Source: Camelus ferus (Eukaryota). From it: a DNA stretch of 64,000 bases. The stretch spans positions 53,756,001 to 53,820,000 of the forward strand of contig NC_045697.1 of assembly GCF_009834535.1 (NCBI RefSeq). The letters run 5' to 3'. Below the pieces are notes generated by a model. It did no database searches. It worked only from the letters and a program-made list of their open reading frames with translations, and was not told where the DNA came from. How positions within the stretch are numbered: position 1 is the stretch's first letter; each line of letters starts with the position of its first letter. A program made the position numbers and the translations under genes. Below, one piece after another: positions 11,470 through 25,859 of this stretch.

Positions 11470-12200
11470 AGGGTCTAGCATCTTCCAGAAGTGAGTGCTC
11501 ATATGCAGAGAAATAGTATAGACCCAGTTTCTGCTACTTGACAGTCCACCTGAAAAGACAGAATACAGGCAAGTCATAAACACTGTGTGAAGAGGGTTAC
11601 AATAAGGAAAGACCACAATGCTAAGGAAACATTCACAGAAATCATAGAAAGTATCTCTGATTCTTTGATAATTAAGGTGAGATCTGAACATGTGCAGGAA
11701 TAAGCAGAAGGGGTAGGTCAGGGGTGGAGGAAGATGCAAAAGACAGCCAGGCAGAGTAGTTAGTGACACTTCCGAAGAAGTCCAAGTTTAGTCTGAAAAG
11801 GAAGAGGCTGAGTAAAGACGCAGATGGTGCTGGAGAGTTAAGTTGGAGACAGACATTCTAAGGAGTTTGAAGCATTGAGTAAGACATTAGGGAGAAAATT
11901 AAGAAGGTTAAGCAAGGAAGAGGTACGATCACATTTTTTAAAGAAAACAGCCAATGTACTGACTGGGTTGGGTTATAAAGGGGTAAGAGTGCAAAGGGAG
12001 ACCATTTCGCAGGTTGCTGAGAGATACAGGCAACAATGCTGAAAAAGTAGACTACAGTGTTCATATAGACATGACCACGCTGACTCATGGTAAAAGTACC
12101 AACCTTATAAAGTTGTAGTGGGGATAAAATTGTTAGTACACATGGAACATCCAAAATGTCTGGCACACACTGATCCAGAAGAAATATTGACTATTGTCAT
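11470..12200. mobile_element. Ancient L2-like and MIR-like fragments in intron 2
   Basis: Degenerate similarity by eye (ggtgagatctgaa..., ggagtttgaa...ttaagcaaggaagaggtacgatc; tgtctggcacaca). Confidence 0.4.
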
Positions 12201-13158
12201 TATTGTTATTTTGTTACTATTACCTACTAAAAATAAACCAACATGTGCCAGCCACCTAGATCTAATTCCTAAGTGAATAGAACTGGTTTTCCTAAACACA
12301 AGATTATATCCTCTAGCAAATTCCAAGAGAGTAGATACTCCATGGAGGGCTTGAAAACTAAATTTTAAAAAATTTAATTAAAAAATTAAGTTAATAACAG
12401 TAACTTAGTAAAAACTTAAATAAAATGTAATTAATAAAATTAATTAAGAATGTTTTAATGTTAAGAGTTTTTAAGGTTTTGGCAATCTGATGAGCAAGAC
12501 GACAGGCTAAAATTTTTTTCTAAGGATTGAGGCACTTCACCAGGGCTCTAGCTAAAAAGATCATTCCTCAAAAATACAAATGCATGCTCTAACAATTTTT
12601 GCAGCCAAATCCAAAATTTCTTTCCTTTCACAGCAGCATTTCAGCTATTCCTCATTTGAAATCTGAAAATTTTATATCTTACAGCATGAGAGACATAACT
12701 TAGTTTATTAGGGCAGGTGTTTTCTGCCTTAACTAACCCTATAGAAGACGTCAGTACAGCACTCTCAAGAATGTAGGTCTCAACCTTGTAGCTGCTGACA
12801 GAATGAGCACAGAGAAAATGTACACTGAGTATACAAGCACCATAAATTCTGGACATAAATAACAAAGAGCAAATAATTTCTACCACTGGAATCTGAAAAC
12901 TTCCCATTGTGTGAAATTACAAAAAATTCTTTTCAGTTTATAGGATGCTATTCCTTATGAAAGGAAGTAAGAATCTAATCTGTTTTACATTAATATGATG
13001 TTTTAAATGAATTTAAGACATTAATAGGAGGCAAGCAATCTTTAGCAAACTATTTTGTGACCTTAGGACATCCTTTCTTATTATTTTTTATTGGTGGAAA
13101 AATTAAACTGATATCTTTTTCAATGGTAAAACACAATATACCTTTGGACTGCAAATTC

Positions 13159-13832
13159 TTTTTTTTAAAACATTTTTTATTGAATTATAGTCATTTTAAA
13201 ATGTTGTGTCAAATTCCAGTGTAGAGTACAATTTTTCAGTATATACATGAACATGCATATATTCATTGTCACATTTTTTTTTGCTGTGAGCTACAATGAG
13301 ATCTTGTACATATTACCCTGTGCTATACAGTATAATTTTGTTTATCTATTCTGCATACTCCTGTCAGTATCAACAAATTTTGAAATCCGAGTCTGTCCCT
13401 TCCCCCTCCTTAGCCCCCTTGGCAACCACAAGTTTGAACACTGTGTCTATGAGTCTGTTTCTGTTTTGTATTTATGTTGTTTTTCTTTTTCTTTTTTTTA
13501 GATTCCACATATGAATGATATATGGTATTTTTCTTTCTCTTTCTGGCTTACCTCACTTAGCATGACATTCTCCACGGACATCCATGTTGCTGCAAATGGC
13601 ATTGTGTTGTCATTTTTTATTGCTGAATAGTGTTCAGTTGTAGAAATATACCACATCTTCTTTATCCAGTCATCTGTTCATGGACATTTAGGCTCTTTCC
13701 ATGTCTTGGCTATTGTAAACTGTGCTGCTATGAACACTGAGGTGCAGGTGTCTTTTTGAAGTAGGGTTCCTTCTGGATATATGCCCAGGAGCGGGATTCC
13801 TGGGTCATATGGTAAATCTATTCCTAGTCTTT
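13159..13832 (-). mobile_element. Young L1 3' fragment, antisense (copy at about 39752-40423)
   Basis: Poly-T start, ttttattg, ...gattccacatatga...gggattcctgggtcatatgg; same family as 57341-58465. Confidence 0.9.
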
Positions 13833-14403
13833 ACTTCAAAATGACACCTGCACCCCAATGTTCATAGCAGCACTATTTACAATAGCCAAGACTTGGAAAC
13901 AGACTAAATGTCCATCAACAGATGACCGAGTAAAGAAGATGTGGTATATTTATATGATGAAATACTATTCAGCCATAAAAACCGACAACATAACGCCATT
14001 TGCAGCAACATAGATGTTCCTGGAGAAGGTCATTCTAAGTGAAGTAAGCCAGAAAGAGAAAAAAAATACCATATGGTATCACTCATATGAGGAATCTAAA
14101 AACAAAACAAAACATAAATACAAAATAGAAACAGACTCATAGACAGAATACAAACTTGTGGTTGCCAAGGGGGCAGGGGGTGGGAAGGGACAGACTGGGA
14201 TTTTAAAATGCAGAATAGATAAACAGGATTCTACTGTATAGCAAAGGGAAATATAAACAAGATCTTGTGGTAGCTCATAGTGAAAAAAAAAATGTGACAA
14301 TGAATATATAAATATTCATATATAACTGAAAAATTGTGCTCTACACTAGAATTTGACACAACATTGTAAAATAACTATTACTCAATAAAAAATGTTACAA
14401 AAA
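13833..14403 (+). mobile_element. Young L1 3' fragment, sense (copy at about 40424-40993)
   Basis: ccccaatgttcatagcagcactatttacaatagccaagac...ctcaataaaaaatg. Confidence 0.9.
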
Positions 14404-14419
14404 TTTTTTTGTAGGAGAG

Positions 14420-15995
14420 TCTAAAAGAGGGGTCTCTTTTCATTTTGTGCATTTGGTTATCCAGTTTTCTGAGACGAAAAAGACTAACTTTTCCCCACTG
14501 AGGGACTTCCCTCCCTTGTTGGATATTAGTTGACTATATATGTAGAGGTTTAATTCTGGTCTTTGCATTCTGCTTCACTTGTCAAACTCTATTTTTAGGT
14601 CAGTACCATATTGTTAAATACGATAGCTTGTACTGCGATTTGAAATTGGTAGGTGTGACGCCTTGGGCTTTGGGTGGTGTGGATAGTTTAACAAGATCAA
14701 TTCTTCTGACGCATGAACAAATGATGCCTTTCCATTTATCTCTTTTTTTTTTTTTAACTTTCAACAAATTCTTATAATTATTACTGTACTAATCCTTCAC
14801 TTCATTGGTTAAATTTATTTTTAGTTATTTTATTGTTTCTCATGCTATATTGAATGAATAGTTTTTCATATATTGCATTATTAATATAGAGAAATGCACC
14901 TAATTTCTGTATGATAATTTCTTTATCCTGCAACTTTACTGAATTCATTTACTACTTCAGGTTTTCTTTGACTCTCTGGAATTTTCTGTACAAAAAAATG
15001 GGTAATCTGCAAAAAAAAATGAATATTTTACTTCTTCCTTTCTGAATTGAGTGTCTTTTAATTCTTTATCTTACTTAGATGATCTAAGCTAGGACTTTTA
15101 GTTCTATGTTGAATGAGTGTGACAGTGGGAACCCTGGCCTTTTCCCGATCTTAGAAGAAAAGCTTTCAAGTTTTCACTGATGATGATAATGTTACTTTTG
15201 GGTTTGTCACATATGGCCTTTATTATGCTGAGGTATGTCTTCTATATACCGAACATGTTGAGGTTTTTTAATCATCAAAGACTATTGTATATTTTCAAAT
15301 GCCCTTCTTTCTCTTGAGATGATCAAGTTATTTTATCTTTCATTCTATTAGTGCAATGGCCTATACTTATTGATTTGGGTATGTTGAGCCATTCTTGCGT
15401 TCCATGGGGAAATCACACTTGGTCATGGTATATAAAATTTTCAGTGTGTTTTGAATTTTAAATTTGGCTGGCTGATATTTTCTTGAGAATTTTTGCATCT
15501 ATATTCATCTTGCATATTGGCTTATACTCTTCTTTATTTGTAATGATCTTATCTATTTGGTATCTGCATAATACTGTCCTTGTAGAATGAGTTTGGAAAG
15601 GTTCCCTCCCTCTTTCTAATTTTTGGAAGTGTTTTTGAAGGACTGGCATTAATTACTCCACAAATGTTAGAATTTAACAGTGAATCCACCTGGCCCTGTG
15701 GTTTTCTATGCTGGGCAGTTTGTGATTACTGATTTAAACTCTTCACTCATTATGACTGTTCACATTTCCTAAATCTATCTGTTTCAGTATTTACAGGTTG
15801 CATATTTCTAGAAATCTACCGATTCTTCTCGGTTATGTATTTTGTTAGCACGTAATTCTTCATAGAAATCCCTTATGATCCGATGTATGTCTGTAGGCTC
15901 AGTTGTAATGTCTCCTCTTTCATTTCTAATTTTATCTGAGTCTTCTTTCTTAGTTAATCTAGCTAGAGGTTATCATCAGTGTTCATCTTTTTGAA
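14420..15995 (-). mobile_element. Old L1 ORF2 fragments, antisense (copy at about 41010-42580)
   Basis: Minus-strand peptide YKPICKMNIDAKILKKISASQI resembles L1 ORF2 [22 protein letters not shown]. Confidence 0.8.
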
Positions 15996-15999
15996 AACA

Positions 16000-16400
16000 C
16001 AGAGCAAAACAAATACTGTATGATACCTTTATATGTGGAATCTAAAAAAAGTAAACTTGTAAAAACTGAGAGTAATACAGTGGTTACCAAGGGCTAGGGG
16101 ATGGGAGAAAAGGAGAGATGTTATTTAAGAGTAAAAACTTGCATCTTATAGTAAATTACCCCTAGAGATTTAAGGTAAAGCATAGTGAATGTAGACAACA
16201 ATTTTATAACCATCAAACTTGGTAAGAGACTAGATCTTAGTTATTCCAACTACAGAAAGGAATAATAATCATGTGTCACGATAGATGTGTGATATAACAT
16301 CAAAACGGGAATCTTATTAAAATATATAAATGTATCAAATCAATATTCTATACAACTTAAATTCAATAATCTTACATGTCAAATATATTTATCTTTTAAA
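16000..16400 (+). mobile_element. L1 3'UTR (L1MA-like; copy at about 42585-42985)
   Basis: aaatactgtatgatacc...atatgtggaatctaaaaaaag...gtggttaccaagggctagggg. Confidence 0.75.
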
Positions 16401-18159
16401 AATGACATAGCATTTTAAACTAAGGATCGAGAGTATAGATAAATCTTATTTAATTTTTATACATTTTCACATTTTGCATACTTTCATGCCATGAACTTTT
16501 ATTTTCATAAAGATGTCAGACAATGAGAATAACCAGTCCACAACGGCAATTAAATTTTAAAGAAAGGATGTATTACAACAGTACGACAGAGATCCATCAT
16601 CCCCAGGAGACATGAAGCAGCTTTGGGGGGCAAGCCAATGAGAAAAAAAACGCTGAAGACATAACACTTTAAATGCTGGAACATGGTCACAGGGAATACA
16701 CACATTATCTGGATACACCATTAGACTCACAGGAAAGTTCAGCGAAATCAAAACTGAAACTGATCATCAGGGTGCAAATATAATTTTGAAGAATAATCTA
16801 CACAATACACAAGCCTGGAGGGTAAGAGTTTGAAAAAAATTCCCTCTTGTCTTGTTCCTATTAAAACTAGTTTTGAAAAGAAGTTTTTAAAGAAGTTTCT
16901 ACTCTATAGCACAGAGAAGTATATTCGATAACTTCTAATAACCTATAATGAAAAACAATATGAAAAGGAATGTGTATATATAACAATCACAATGCTGTAT
17001 AGAAGAAATTAATATAGTAGAGTAAACTGACTATACTTTAATAAAAAATATGACATTAATCATGATCATAAACTATACATTTTAAACGGAAAGATGGGGT
17101 CAGAATTTTCCAGAGAGAAAATAATAGTGAATGTTAAAAAGAAGAAAGACATTTCAAAGAGAGCAGTATATGGTTTCATCAGATAATCAGGAAAATTTTG
17201 CTCCTCTGCATTTTTTTTCAATAGAGAATATTGAACATTGTGGAACTATTCTAGTGCAGAGTAAGAAATTTTTTTAATTAGGGTCAAGGACTACAAGACA
17301 AATTAATTCTGAGAGAATTCCAATCAAATACAGCTTCACCAGGAGCTTTATTTAGTCTGACATGAACTACTCACAGGTGACCAGATCTCTGCTACAGAAA
17401 GCCTGGTGTTCCTCTCCCACTGTGGGGCAGGTGCTCCCCCAGGGATTTAGTGAGGTGATGATGAGGGTCCCTCACAGCCCCTTGCACATAGCACATCCTA
17501 CTGTGACAGCAAATATACAAGGTGATTTCAGAGCAGAGGGTGTCCTATGGAAACAAACCCAGCAGTATGCTCACTCAGAAATGCAACTACACAAGCATAT
17601 CTCTTGCTTATTAATAGGACACACAGGGCTGTTTCACAGAAATTCTAAACTATAATACCAGACTCCTCAATGTCAGTGACTCGTAATTTAGAGACAGATT
17701 TGGGGAACTTCTGAGTAACTTAAAGTTAAGGTATGAGGATTATAGATCTGTGAGAAGGATAAAGTCATTCAAATCCTAACTTTTTCTTAGTGATCACAGT
17801 CAGGGAAATGAAATACTAATGACTACTCCAAACTAATTCTCTAGAAAGGGCCTGGAATAAACAAAGGATTTAGTAGAACTATAATAAGAAAGAATTAAAG
17901 ATGAGTTAAGATCCTGCTGTGTGACCTCCTTCCAAGGATCTATGTTAGTAATTAATAACATGACTGATGAAGAGTCTAACACTGTTTACCAGTGTGTCCT
18001 CCTCACTACTGTGTACTGCCTCTATCTCATTTCTTCCTTATACGCACACATTTGCACACATACATATAACAGAAGAAACCGACCTCACATCACACATCTC
18101 CTTCCCAAGGACCTCATGGATGAGGCCTATTAAAAACAAAGCCATTACTAAAAACATTT

Positions 18160-18730
18160 CAGGAGTTTCCTCAAAAAATATAAAATAGAATTACCATATG
18201 GTCCAGCTATTTCTCTTCTGGATGTGTATACAAAAGAACTGAAGCTAGCACCCTAAGGAGATATTTGCACACCATATTCATAAAGGCATTATTCACAAGA
18301 GCCAAGAACTTGAAGCAACCCAATTCTCCATGAACAGATAAAGCAATAAACAAAGTATGGAATACAAAAACACTCGAATATCACTCAGTCTTTAAAAGAA
18401 GATTCTGACACATGACACAACATGAATGAACCTTAGGATAAGGGAAGTAAGCCAGTGACAAAAAGACAAGTACTTTACAACTCAACAGATATGAGGTATG
18501 TGGAGTAATCAAATTTGTAGAAACGTAGAGTAGAATCATGATTACCAGGGGCTGGGATCACAGAGGAAAATGGAGTTTTTAATGGGCACAGACTTCCAGT
18601 TTTGCCAGATGAAAAAGTTCTACAGATCGGTTCCACAATGTGAATGTACTTAATACTTTTGAACTACAGACTTAGGAATGACTAAGATGGTAAATTGTAT
18701 GTTACATATATTTTATCAGGTTTTTTTTTC
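18160..18730 (+). mobile_element. L1 3' end (L1MB-like; copy at about 44750-45320)
   Basis: ttcctcaaaaaat.taaaatagaattaccatatg.tccagc...taagatggtaaattgtatgtta. Confidence 0.75.
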
Positions 18731-18859
18731 AAAAAGCCACTACTGAAATAATTCCTGATTGTATCAGAATTTTTACTATTCAGCTGTTTGTAGCAATCCT
18801 TTCAATAACGTTTGCTATGCTGTTGCTCATTTGTAATGGAGAAAATTCTTTTTTGACAG

Positions 18860-18991
18860 GAAATGGAAGAGTTTGTCCAGAGCTCAGGAGAAGATGGTAT
18901 TGTGGTGTTTACTTTGGGGTCGATTGTCACTAACATAACAGAAGAAAGAGCCAATGTGATTGCATCAGCCCTTGCCCAGATTCCACAAAAG
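18860..18991 (+). CDS. UGT2B: UGT2B copy 1, exon 3
   Basis: tgacag|GAAATGGAAG...CAAAAG|gtagat; 132 nt; [44 protein letters not shown]. Confidence 0.96.
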
Positions 18992-20952
18992 GTAGATAAA
19001 GAAACATAATAGTAGACAACTATAAAATCAGACAGTTAAATCTTGTAAAAAGTTTGACTATAAACATACTTTGCAAGAAAGGTAAATTACTATGATAGCC
19101 CCAACATGTCTCAAATATTTAAAAGCCAGAATATACATAGCAGGTGCTGCAATAATACAGACAGTGTCTTGACAATGATTTTGGATACACACTATAATCA
19201 AGTAAATATACATGAGAGATGCAGTGCGAAATCTGGTTAGTATAATGGTACTGTGGGCAGGTAGAGAAATCACCAAATTCTGCCTTGTCATCGCTGCTTT
19301 CCTTGAAGGATTCCTGAGGACACAGTACACACACAGAAGTTCTCAGGAGTTAAATTTTAACAGTAATTGTACTAGCACAGTAACGTTGGGCAATATTGAT
19401 AAAAGTCGGAAATGTGCTATGCAGTTTATACTTGCCAGGTAATCCTGGCTGCCTTTATTTCCCTAAATTTTGGAACAGATCTATTCAGTGTGCTTTTCAG
19501 GGTGCTATTCAGAGAAAAGATGATCAGGGCTCCCCAAGCTGCCTGCAGACACCCAGTCAGGCACCATGATTTACACAAAAACAAACATCAGCCTGCCCTG
19601 GGTGCCTTGGTCCTACCAAAGCCTGAAGCAGGAAGATAAAAGAGAAACAGTGAAGATGGGGTTCTGCCCTGAAGGTGAACCCTGTGCATTGTAAAGGGTG
19701 GACTATAACGGACTCTGCATCCAGCCTATCAGATTACTCTTCCTGACTGAGGAGGGAGAATGGACTATTTGAGAAAGTCAAGCATAAGGAAGACTGGCAT
19801 GGAAAAGATTCTACTGCCTCCTTCCCCATATTATACAGCAGTAACTTACTCTCTACAAAATAAAATACACCTGGGATCTTTGGTTATTTGTGACCTACTC
19901 CTACTTTACTATCTGATATTGTAGTCTTCTCTTAAACAACTGAGCTAATTTTTTGCTGAGAACATAACGTCACTTTCACTCACACAGCAAATAGAAATTG
20001 GACACCAGGAAATTATAATCCAATGTGTAAGAATTACTTGGAAATCCAAAATGGGTGGCTTATTTTGGTGCTGAATATGAAAACCGCATTAACCACTGCT
20101 GTCAATGCACTGTGCTTCACTGTTGAAGTGTTCAGGGTCAGCTGAATAATTTTAGCATCCCACTTTTGGAGCTTTTCCAATACCTTATTGTTACTTGTAA
20201 ATTACCACATGCTCCTCCTTTCTAAACTTAAATGTTTTCACACTTACTAATAGTGGTAATAATCTGGATTTATGTCAAAAAATACCAATTCTCTCTTTTT
20301 TTTTTTTTAAAGCGCTTAACAATTTGTAATCTAAAAGAAGTTTTACTTTCTAAGCAGCATTAATTGTCTTATTATTAATAAATTATAAATAAGCAGAAAT
20401 ACTTACTTCTCTTAAGTGGCTAACTGCAGGTACTTTCTATTAGTAAATCAAAACATGTAAAATTCTAATAAAATAACTTGTCACATTAACGAGTGGATAT
20501 ACGTAAACTCCATTCCTTAAGAGTCGATAAGAAATAACTCAGCAAATAACAACTTTGAAATAAGAGCTAGTATATAAAATAAAGCAAAACAAATGTGTAG
20601 ATTATTAGTAATTTGCCACTGTTTTGCTTTTTTCACTAGAATCCAGACTACCTAACAATTTCATAAATACTTGAATTTGTCATTGAAAAATTCATTTGTC
20701 AATGACATCATGTGTGATATGTCATGATTCATTCCATACCTCATTGAACATAAAAATAAGTACACAGAATGTGGGTATTCCTATTGATGTCAGTGCATTA
20801 CTAGTCATCCCTACTTAGGATCTGCTGTCTTCATTTCCTGACCTGTCGTATGGAAGGCATTTAACTGGATGTCTTTTCATCTCTTTAGAATTCTAACGTG
20901 CTATAACTTTGAAGTTCAACTCATGAATAAGCTATCTACTTCACCCTAACAG

Positions 20953-21040
20953 GTTCTTTGGAGATACCATGGCAAGAAACCAGATACCTTAGGACCCAAT
21001 ACTCGGCTGTACAAGTGGATCCCCCAGAACGACCTTCTTG
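20953..21040 (+). CDS. UGT2B: UGT2B copy 1, exon 4
   Basis: taacag|GTTCTTTGG...CTTCTTG|gtgaga; 88 nt; [30 protein letters not shown] (start of the UGT signature). Confidence 0.96.
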
Positions 21041-21887
21041 GTGAGACCTGGGAGAACAAATGCTGGAAACAAGAGTAACAGCTGAGGGAGTGACAGCACT
21101 GGGACAGGAAACCAACTTACCCAGCACTTATTATTCAAACATGCAAAAATTCTTCATTGTTATTTCCACTCCTAGTGGGAAACCAGAATAAAACATAACA
21201 GTTGGTTTTTTATTGAAGAGTCACATCTTTTATGGACAGAATCTTTATTTTGGCTGTAATTACTTCTCACAGTAAAATTATCAAGAACATCCTGGATTGT
21301 TGCTGTGTCTCTGAACTCACTCCTTACACACATCTTTCCCCCTCTAACGAGTATATCAAATATTCCTGAAAAACAGCGGCTCATTTTCATTACCCCATTT
21401 TTTGTAGGAAAATACTTCACAATTGTTTTCATGAGGCTGTCAACACAATTCATGATAAAATGTAGCTTTTCCTTTCTCTGGTCTCAGTGTCACGACCATT
21501 ATGATTCCTGTTGCCTTGACACCCTCCCTATCAGACTAAATGTCTTACTATTTCTTTAAGAGACTATGTTTTCTGACATGCCCTCACCCGTTTTTAGCTC
21601 ATGTGGTTTTTTTACCCAGAATGTTCTTTCCATTTGTTCACCTGACAATCTGGAGTACATTTGTGAATTCAACTCACACAGCACTCCTTTCATGAAGGCT
21701 TCACTTCCCTCTCCAGCAGACTGAGTGGCTTCCTGATCTGAGTTCTGAAAGCAGTTGAAATGCAGTTTCATGTGTATAATCATCTGTTATCGAAAGGACA
21801 CTGCTTCTTTCACTGCCTTGTAATGGCCAGTTCTCATTTGATTTCTAACATTAATTAATCATTTTACTGAAATTCACTCAATCCTAG

Positions 21888-22107
21888 GTCATCCAAAAAC
21901 CAAAGCTTTTATAACTCATGGTGGAACCAATGGCATTTATGAGGCCATCTACCACGGGATCCCTATGGTGGGCATTCCTTTGTTTGCTGACCAACCCGAT
22001 AACATCGCTCACATGACGGCCAAGGGGGCAGCTGCCAGACTGGACTTGGACACAATGTCAACAACAGATTTGCTCAATGCATTGAAGCAAGTCATTAATA
22101 ATCCTTC
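21888..22107 (+). CDS. UGT2B: UGT2B copy 1, exon 5 (UDP-sugar-binding signature)
   Basis: tcctag|GTCATCC...CCTTC|gtgagt; 220 nt; [42 protein letters not shown]. Confidence 0.96.
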
Positions 22108-23229
22108 GTGAGTACATATGTATATTTTTCTACTACATACTCTGTCTAGAGAAGTTCTCATAGGGAGGCCAGGGAGGCAGTAATACATTTTCACATAAAC
22201 GCAATGAGGAGTAAGTGCTGGTCAATGCTTTGAACAGTCAGTGACAGCCTACTGTCAATGTTACATTAAGGTTTTGTTTTGGGGGGGGTGGGTTTGGCGG
22301 CTTAATGACAAAGCTTCCTCAAAGGTTTAAGGATAGTGGAGAAATTTGAAAGGGCTAATCATTAGAATGAGAAGAGTCACCAAAATGGTAACAGAAGGAT
22401 TAAGAGGAAGCTGGACGAACAGGGTTCAGGATGGGAATCATGAGGTTATAAGAGTACCCACCCGCACAGTTATGACTTTCCTTCAGCATAAGAACTCCTC
22501 AAGTGTTTTAAACTCTTCCAAGATGCCTGTGCCATGTAAACTACATTCATATTCAATTTCAAATTCTTATTACATTCAACAACTTCCATGTTTTCTGTGC
22601 TAATATTCTGAACCCATTGCTGATAAGTAGTAAACAACTAGAACTTTATATAGATATAAAAGCAGTGTTATCTATTTTCATTTTAGCCCATCTATTCTCC
22701 TAAAAGAGCAGCATAAGGAGCACATTTTCCTCTTTTCTTAGGACATCTATCTTTCATTTGGTGGTTTATGTAAAAGCACATTTCTCTAATATCATTATAC
22801 CTTTTTAATTTTTAATAATGTAAAGCTGATGTCAGAAAATGAAGATAAGTTATTAGGTGCTACGTACAGAATGTTTACTACATGCTACACATTGTATGAA
22901 GTCCTTCGCACGTATTGAGTAACTTCTTCATGTTGGTCTTTCCCTATTGTATTACAAAAACTTCAGCATAACTTCCTCCTCTGAAAAACCCAAGGCTCGC
23001 CCAGCACATGAAGAGAATGTGCCTCCAAGGCTATTGCTACAGAGCCATGCTATCGCACTTTGTGATTCAGACTGCGTGAGCCATCTCTCCTTATTCCTCC
23101 TCCCCTCTGGTCTGTTAGTCCATAACCATTTCAGCAGTAACTGCGACACCTGAAACTGAAAGGTTGAGTACTTCCCAGATTCTAAAATCACTAACAGAAA
23201 AACAACAATACTAGCAATGACCTACTGAG

Positions 23230-23420
23230 AGTGAATTGTGCACTACAAATACCTCTAAGAATCGATATTATTCCCCCAAATAATCACATGAGATCCTATT
23301 CCTAACCATTCCACTTAACAATAAAAACCTGAGGAAAGAAGAATAACAAAGCAGGCAACAAGGTAAGTGCCAGAGTCAGGATTCAAACCAAGGCAATCAC
23401 TTCCACACTTTAAACCACCA
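23230..23420 (-). mobile_element. MIR fragment in intron 5 (copy at about 49820-50010)
   Basis: aaacctgagg...ggtaagtgccagagtcaggattcaaaccaagg. Confidence 0.55.
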
Positions 23421-23881
23421 CTTCACTAATAAGACGTCAATACCAGTTCCTGCTCACTACCAGCTGCTGCCCAGCCCCACCTGGACGTGTCTCTGAACCT
23501 CGACACGGATTTTCCACCTATCTCTGGATTATTATAGTATTTCAAAACTTGTCTGTGAACAATCACTTACGGGGTCGTTCACTAGCTTGGAACACTCAAA
23601 TCACGTTTTCTTGTTTGTTTTTACTCTTGTGTCTCAACTCATTCCATTCTTTAGGCTAGAAATACTCCTCCTCTCCCAGTTTCTCTCTCTTTCCATAGCC
23701 TGAAATCAAATGCATTTAACAACCTCTAGCCATTAGCTAAGATCTCTATAATCATCTCTGAGGAAGATAATCTTTCCTTCCACTCACTGTGGCACTCATT
23801 CTTACCACCTGCATGAAAATCTTGCAGACTTTAATTTTCTAGATCACTCTCTAAATTGATGTCTATTTGTTTTTCCTTCAG

Positions 23882-24161
23882 CTACAAGCAGAATGCTATG
23901 AGGTTATCAACCATTCAGCACGATCAGCCAGTGAAGCCCCTGGACCGAGCAGTCTTCTGGATCGAGTTTGTCATGCGCCACAAAGGAGCTAAGCACCTGC
24001 GGCCAGCCGCCCACAACCTCACCTGGTACCAGTACCACTCTCTGGATGTGACTGGGTTCCTGCTGGCCTGTGTGGCAACTGCTATCTTTGTCATCACAAA
24101 ATGTTGTCTGTTTTGCTGCCAGAAGTTTCCCAAAGCAGGAAAGAAGAATAAAAGGGAGTAG
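23882..24161 (+). CDS. UGT2B: UGT2B copy 1, exon 6 coding part (TM helix, KxKxx ER-retrieval tail)
   Basis: ttcag|CTACAAG...GAGTAG; 280 nt; [40 protein letters not shown]...KKNKRE*. The six exons total 1593 nt = 530 aa plus stop, in frame. Confidence 0.97.
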
Positions 24162-24372
24162 TTGTATCTGAGGCCTGATACAGGAACGCTCCATACATGG
24201 ATCACTTCCAGTTGATCCCAGCAAGAAGGAATGAGGTTCCTGTCTTCCGGTGACAAAAGGACATTTCTCAATTTAGCATCAAAGATCAAAATTTGCTTTC
24301 AAGGGGTTTTCGTCCTGCTTGAGAGTTAGAAATATGTTGTGAAAAGAGAAAAGCTGCCAAAAATTAAACAAA

Positions 24373-24378
24373 AATAAA
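24373..24378 (+). terminator. Candidate polyadenylation signal of copy 1
   Basis: First AATAAA about 210 nt after the stop codon, followed by T-rich sequence. Confidence 0.55.
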
Positions 24379-25859
24379 CTATAAGGGTATCTATTGAAAT
24401 TTATTATTTTAATTAAAAACTTATGCTAAAAAGAAATCATTGAATTTAAGTCTGTTTCACATGGTATGCACGTACAAAAGAACCATAACAAGTCTACTCA
24501 CAGTATCAAAATTATGTTGTAGATATTCAGAATATTTTCACCTTATTTTGGTGCAGAATTTTATAGTTTTATCTTGCTACAGAAACTGTTCAATACTTGA
24601 AATTGTGTAAAAGATTCACCCTTCCATTTCATTTGTGAGTCCACGAACACTTCTTGGATTTTACTGTGCATCCAGCCTCAGCATCACTCCTTACCTAAAG
24701 CCATGGCAACTCACTTGCATTCCTCCGGGTTAAGTCATGTCCCAGTGAAATGTCTGTGGAATCAGTCATACAGCAACTGCTACCTGCTTCCTATTATAAA
24801 ACTGAGCCATTTGTGAAAATCTTTGATTTCATGACTGAATTTCTTTTTCTCTTTACCTTTAAAAATATTCACCTGATCGCTTTCATTCCTATATCAGCCT
24901 TTGATAATGGATATAACTTTTCAACTTTAAATCAAGAAAATATACAACCTATACTCTAAAGGGATTATTGAATTTTCATTCCCTCCAAATGTACCAAAAT
25001 ATATCTATATCTCTATATATTCCATCAAAATAAGACACAGCATCACTTAGCTTATTGCAGATACACTATGAAATTCAATGTGTTTGTTGAACACAGATTG
25101 AAATAATGGATATTACTCTACATAACCATACTTTGGTTCAGTATAGCTCATTCTTTGTCTCTTTCTCAGGAGCCTATTTCTCCATCCATTCCATAACAAT
25201 TATCTGTAAACACTCAATCCTTTGTCAAGAGAAAAAATAATAAAAGCATCATTTTCTTAAACCTAGGCCCTCCTTGACTGACATAATTGGTAACAGTGGG
25301 TGGAATACAAAATTATATAAATTTCATGGAAAATTGGTAAATCAAATGGAAGATATCTGAAGGCACTCTTGAAAATTGCACATCAGGAAAGGACTTTATT
25401 ATCAAAGTGGTCCAGATGAGGAAAAGCATAGTTGTCTTATTGGTCAAAACCATCATCCAAATCATGTGACAGTCATTCCTCAGCTGAAAGCATAATTTAT
25501 TTTAAAAATAAATTAAAACATTGACGTTTAGGGAATTATAGAAAACATGTGCCACAGAATTTTCAATACAATTTGTATGTATAACTGACACCTTGTATTT
25601 AAAAATGGAACTAAAATGATGCCATAGTATATAATAGTTTTTAAATCACACATCGAGGCTTAAATAATTTTCCTCAAATTGATTCTGCAACATTTAAATA
25701 TTATAGATAAATGTATTACTACTTGTATTTAAAATTTCAATAGTTTTAAAAAATCTTAACTCACAAAAATTTAATGCCTTTACTTTGGTTTTAATGTCAA
25801 TATTGAATTAATTTTACAATAGCTCAGGGACCTCTGCTGGCTTACTTCCAATACTTACA

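Noticed and set aside
23907..24289. Antisense ORFs over exon 6
   Set aside because: Shadow frames of a coding exon with no independent evidence.
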